This document shows positions 60,861 through 64,000 of a stretch of DNA of 64,000 bases, piece by piece. Position numbers and translations under genes: made by a program. How positions within the stretch are numbered: position 1 is the stretch's first letter; each line of letters starts with the position of its first letter. The stretch lies in NCBI GenBank assembly GCA_035250975.1, contig DATFEP010000061.1:64001-128000 (forward strand). The letters run 5' to 3'. Below the pieces are notes generated by a model. That model was not told the origin of the DNA. It worked only from the letters and a program-made list of their open reading frames with translations, and did no database searches. The stretch comes from Nitrososphaeraceae archaeon (lineage in GTDB: Archaea > Thermoproteota > Nitrososphaeria > Nitrososphaerales > Nitrososphaeraceae).

Positions 60861-62735
60861 ATGACGTTTACAAATTTCGGTAATGAAAATAGTAATCAAA
60901 ATATAATGACCGTTATTTTGAAAAGCCTTCCAAAAGAATCAGGATTGACTAAAATCGAATACGAAGGACCGGCAATAGCCCTATACACTCGTAATCCAAA
61001 ATTTTTGATTGAAAATTCTCAACCTTTGGCAAATATGGTTAGTATCATCCGAAAAAGGATTGTGATTAGAACCGACGAATCCATAAGAAAATCGGAAAAA
61101 GAATCATCATTAATTATACAAAAATACTTTACTTCAAATAATGTAAAAAAGATTTTTTTTGACTATGCATTAGGTGAAATAACGATTTACACAAACGATC
61201 TTTCAGAACGTGCGTCAAAAGATGGTAAATTCAGTATTCTAGACCTAGTTGCTGAAACAGGGTGGAAGATCAAGATCAGAAAATCTCCAGAGATCCCTCC
61301 TTCAATTCAATTCATAAATAAAGTATTGAACGATGCTTCTGATTATCGAATAAAATTTTATAAAAAAGTTGGGGAAAATCTTTTCCGATCAAAGCTAAGT
61401 AATATTCATGAAGCTAGTGTGTTAGCATTGGGAGGTTTTGGAGAAATAGGAAGATCCTGTTTTTTACTCGTTACTAGTGAAAGCAAAATTTTATTGGATT
61501 GTGGAATTAATGTTCAAGAGAACAGATCAATACAACATTTCCCAAGATTAGATATTACTGGTTTTCGAATTGAAGAAATCGATGGGGTAGTAATTAGTCA
61601 TGCACATATAGACCATATCGGATTTCTACCTTTTCTTTTTAAATACGGATATCGTGGACCAGTCTATTGTACAGAACCGACATTGCCTTTAATGGCTTTG
61701 CTCTTTCTAGATTACAGCAAAAATCATGGTATATACTCGAACGATGATATTAAAAATGTCATAATACATACTATTACATTGAATCTAGGTGAAGTGACTG
61801 ATATAACACCGGATATTAAATTAACGTTATATAATTCTGGACACATTCTAGGTTCGGTATCTACTCACCTTCATATTGGAAATGGTGATCACAATGTTGT
61901 ATATACTGGTGATCTAAAATTCGGGAAAACTAATCTACTGGATAATGCATCTTGGAATTTTCCGAGAGTAGAAACATTGATAATTGAAGGTACTTTTGGA
62001 TCTAGGGATTCTCCACATAAACGTGATGAATATGGTCCATTTCTGATTGAAAGCATTAATCAGACTCTTAGGTCAAATGGAAAAGTTCTAATTCCAATTC
62101 CAATTATAGGCCTTTCTCAGGAACTTATATACATATTAAACCAATATCAAAATTCTGGTGCATTGGATCCAGTGCCTATATTTGTGGATAATTCCATTCT
62201 TGAATCTACCAATATTTATGAAATGTATCATGAGTATCTTTCAAAAGATCTAAAAGAAAAACTGTCAATATACAATACAAACATATTCAATCAGGACAAT
62301 CTTATATCAATTCCATCAAGGTGGAAAATCGATAAACCCGCAATTATTTTAGCTCCGTCTTCATTGTTGGTAGGAGGAACTTCAGTCAGGATCTTGAAAC
62401 AAATATGTAAAGATCCAAATAATAAAATCTTATTGCTGTCTTATCAAGCTCAAGGAACACCAGGAAATGAAATTCAATTAGGAACCAAAGAGATATTCAT
62501 TAATAGACAAAAAATCGATATTAGATGTAAAGTAGATTCCATCCATGGCTTTAGTAACCATAGTGACTACAATCAACTTCTCGCCTATGTTAGCCGTCTA
62601 AAGCCAAAACTTAAACGGGTAATTGTAAATCATGGAGAAAAACCTCGAGTCCAAAATTTAGCCGTTTCCATTAACAAGATTCTTAATATTCCTTGTCATT
62701 ATCTTTTAGTACCTGAAGCAACAAAACTATTATGA
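60861..62735 (+). CDS. Beta-CASP ribonuclease, aCPSF1/FttA family (divergent)
   Basis: IEYEGP N-terminal KH region, GEIGRS, SHAHIDH, GHILGS, YTGD, FSNHSD, NHGE. Confidence 0.88.
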   Translation: MTFTNFGNENSNQNIMTVILKSLPKESGLTKIEYEGPAIALYTRNPKFLIENSQPLANMVSIIRKRIVIRTDESIRKSEKESSLIIQKYFTSNNVKKIFFDYALGEITIYTNDLSERASKDGKFSILDLVAETGWKIKIRKSPEIPPSIQFINKVLNDASDYRIKFYKKVGENLFRSKLSNIHEASVLALGGFGEIGRSCFLLVTSESKILLDCGINVQENRSIQHFPRLDITGFRIEEIDGVVISHAHIDHIGFLPFLFKYGYRGPVYCTEPTLPLMALLFLDYSKNHGIYSNDDIKNVIIHTITLNLGEVTDITPDIKLTLYNSGHILGSVSTHLHIGNGDHNVVYTGDLKFGKTNLLDNASWNFPRVETLIIEGTFGSRDSPHKRDEYGPFLIESINQTLRSNGKVLIPIPIIGLSQELIYILNQYQNSGALDPVPIFVDNSILESTNIYEMYHEYLSKDLKEKLSIYNTNIFNQDNLISIPSRWKIDKPAIILAPSSLLVGGTSVRILKQICKDPNNKILLLSYQAQGTPGNEIQLGTKEIFINRQKIDIRCKVDSIHGFSNHSDYNQLLAYVSRLKPKLKRVIVNHGEKPRVQNLAVSINKILNIPCHYLLVPEATKLL

Positions 62736-62816
62736 CTAGCAAGATATTCAATTTCATTTGCTTTTTCTTTAACGCCAAGCATTAGATTTAAACATGTTAG
62801 TCTTTCTTTAAATGAT

Positions 62817-63530
62817 ATGAATAAGGAAAATTCCATCAAGTCTTCACTAGACCTTATTTCTAAAAAATGGCATATTGATCGTAAAATCTATGACATTCAT
62901 CTCGGAAGACGAAAGGATGTAGTAGATACATTAATTCAAATCAATCAAGTTACCTTTCACGTTCCGAAGTTATCTGATGACAACCTTTATGTAATATGGA
63001 AGTGTTTGTGGCCAGATTGTCATAATTGTTGTGAAAAACAAGGTCGATTGCCATTAACAAAAGATGATATTAATAACATTAGCAAAAATCTCGGATATCC
63101 TTCAAAACCCGATTTCATAAGAAATGAAACGAATATATCAACTTGGGAAGAAGAAGGTAACTTTGGTAATTTAATCACTATTACAACAATGATCTCTTTA
63201 AAAAGAAAAAAAGATGAAAAGGTCGAAGATGATGGAAATCCTATTAGATGCAGATTCTTAGATAAGGAAGGATATTGTCAAATTCAATCAGACAAACCTG
63301 GCGTTTGTTGGTTATATCCATTTGCTTCTTGGACAGAATCTTCTAATGGAAAACCCGTAGTCCATGCTACTTTTCAATTTACAGGAGATTGTCCTGGTTA
63401 TTATCTCAGTGAAACAATAGATGACTTGATTCCAATATTAAATGAATATTCGATTAAAATCTATAAATACAATATGAGTGTTAATAGGACGATAAGAGAT
63501 GGTTTAGGTATCTCCAATATTATTTATTAA
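62817..63530 (+). CDS. YkgJ/CxxCxxCC-family cysteine-cluster protein
   Basis: CLWPDCHNCC, CRFL...C, KPGVCWLYPF, CPG. Confidence 0.82.
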   Translation: MNKENSIKSSLDLISKKWHIDRKIYDIHLGRRKDVVDTLIQINQVTFHVPKLSDDNLYVIWKCLWPDCHNCCEKQGRLPLTKDDINNISKNLGYPSKPDFIRNETNISTWEEEGNFGNLITITTMISLKRKKDEKVEDDGNPIRCRFLDKEGYCQIQSDKPGVCWLYPFASWTESSNGKPVVHATFQFTGDCPGYYLSETIDDLIPILNEYSIKIYKYNMSVNRTIRDGLGISNIIY

Positions 63531-63680
63531 TCTTTACTGAGGTTAAAAAATTTGATATTTTGATGGTATAAGTTAGACATTTTAATAAATAGCTTCTGTA
63601 TATAAAGAAGATAGATTTAGATTTTTTTCCTTAAATGCCATTAGATAAACTAAATATTTATGCAAATCCTACTAGGTATT

Positions 63681-64000
63681 ATGAATTCCGGTATTAACAA
63701 TCCATCCAATCTTAAGACAGGAGCAGATTTATTGTTAAAAGGAGGCTCCCTATTGGATATTCCTTGTAGTAATTGCGGCGGGGTACAAATTCGCTACAAG
63801 ACAAAAATAACATGCATTAATTGCGGCAAAGAGACACCAGAAATTAAAGATCACGTTGACACAAATTCTTTGAACCTACATTATAAAAAAAACGAAGCTC
63901 ATGAAAATCAATTAAATTCTAATATCGCTATCGCAGGATTTGACAAAATCATCATTCAAAAAATCTCAAATTTGTTCGATAGTCTAAAAGATGATAACGA
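63681..64000 (+). CDS. Autoantigen-p27 (UPF0148)-like Zn-ribbon protein (3' truncated)
   Basis: GADLLLKGGSLLDIPCSNCGGVQIRYKTKITCINCG; runs off the window edge (alternative start 63660). Confidence 0.75.
   Translation, partial: MNSGINNPSNLKTGADLLLKGGSLLDIPCSNCGGVQIRYKTKITCINCGKETPEIKDHVDTNSLNLHYKKNEAHENQLNSNIAIAGFDKIIIQKISNLFDSLKDDN

Overview
This is an AT-rich archaeal chromosome segment, almost certainly from an ammonia-oxidising archaeon (Nitrososphaerota; the low GC suggests a Nitrosocosmicus-like soil lineage). Support: unsplit RpoA and RpoB, the acetyl/propionyl-CoA carboxylase operon of the 3HP/4HB cycle, CdvC/Vps4, a crenarchaeal-type SSB, the archaeal pantoate kinase/PPS CoA route and G1P dehydrogenase. 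Most of the window is housekeeping: rpoH-B-A-L30e-nusA-S12-S7, kae1/bud32, taw1, tsr3, tfb, aIF1, RNase P RNA and an intron-containing tRNA-His. An accessory stretch at about 28-36 kb holds decayed IS630, IS5 and IS6 elements, a PHP/ATP-grasp pair and a hyaluronan-synthase-like GT2. Reading beyond the ORF track added RpoP, several microproteins and five IS remnants. The best leads are: (1) a 378-aa hypothetical with the motif order of a trans-prenyltransferase/terpene-synthase fold but altered DDxxD motifs; (2) an intact PurF-like protein that has lost its catalytic and Fe-S cysteines and its PRPP loop; (3) two unannotated, clearly paralogous 51-codon microgenes 37 kb apart; (4) an XPB-like helicase ending in a textbook PCNA PIP-box; (5) the HAS-like synthase island. 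All calls come from reading motifs by eye; no searches were run.
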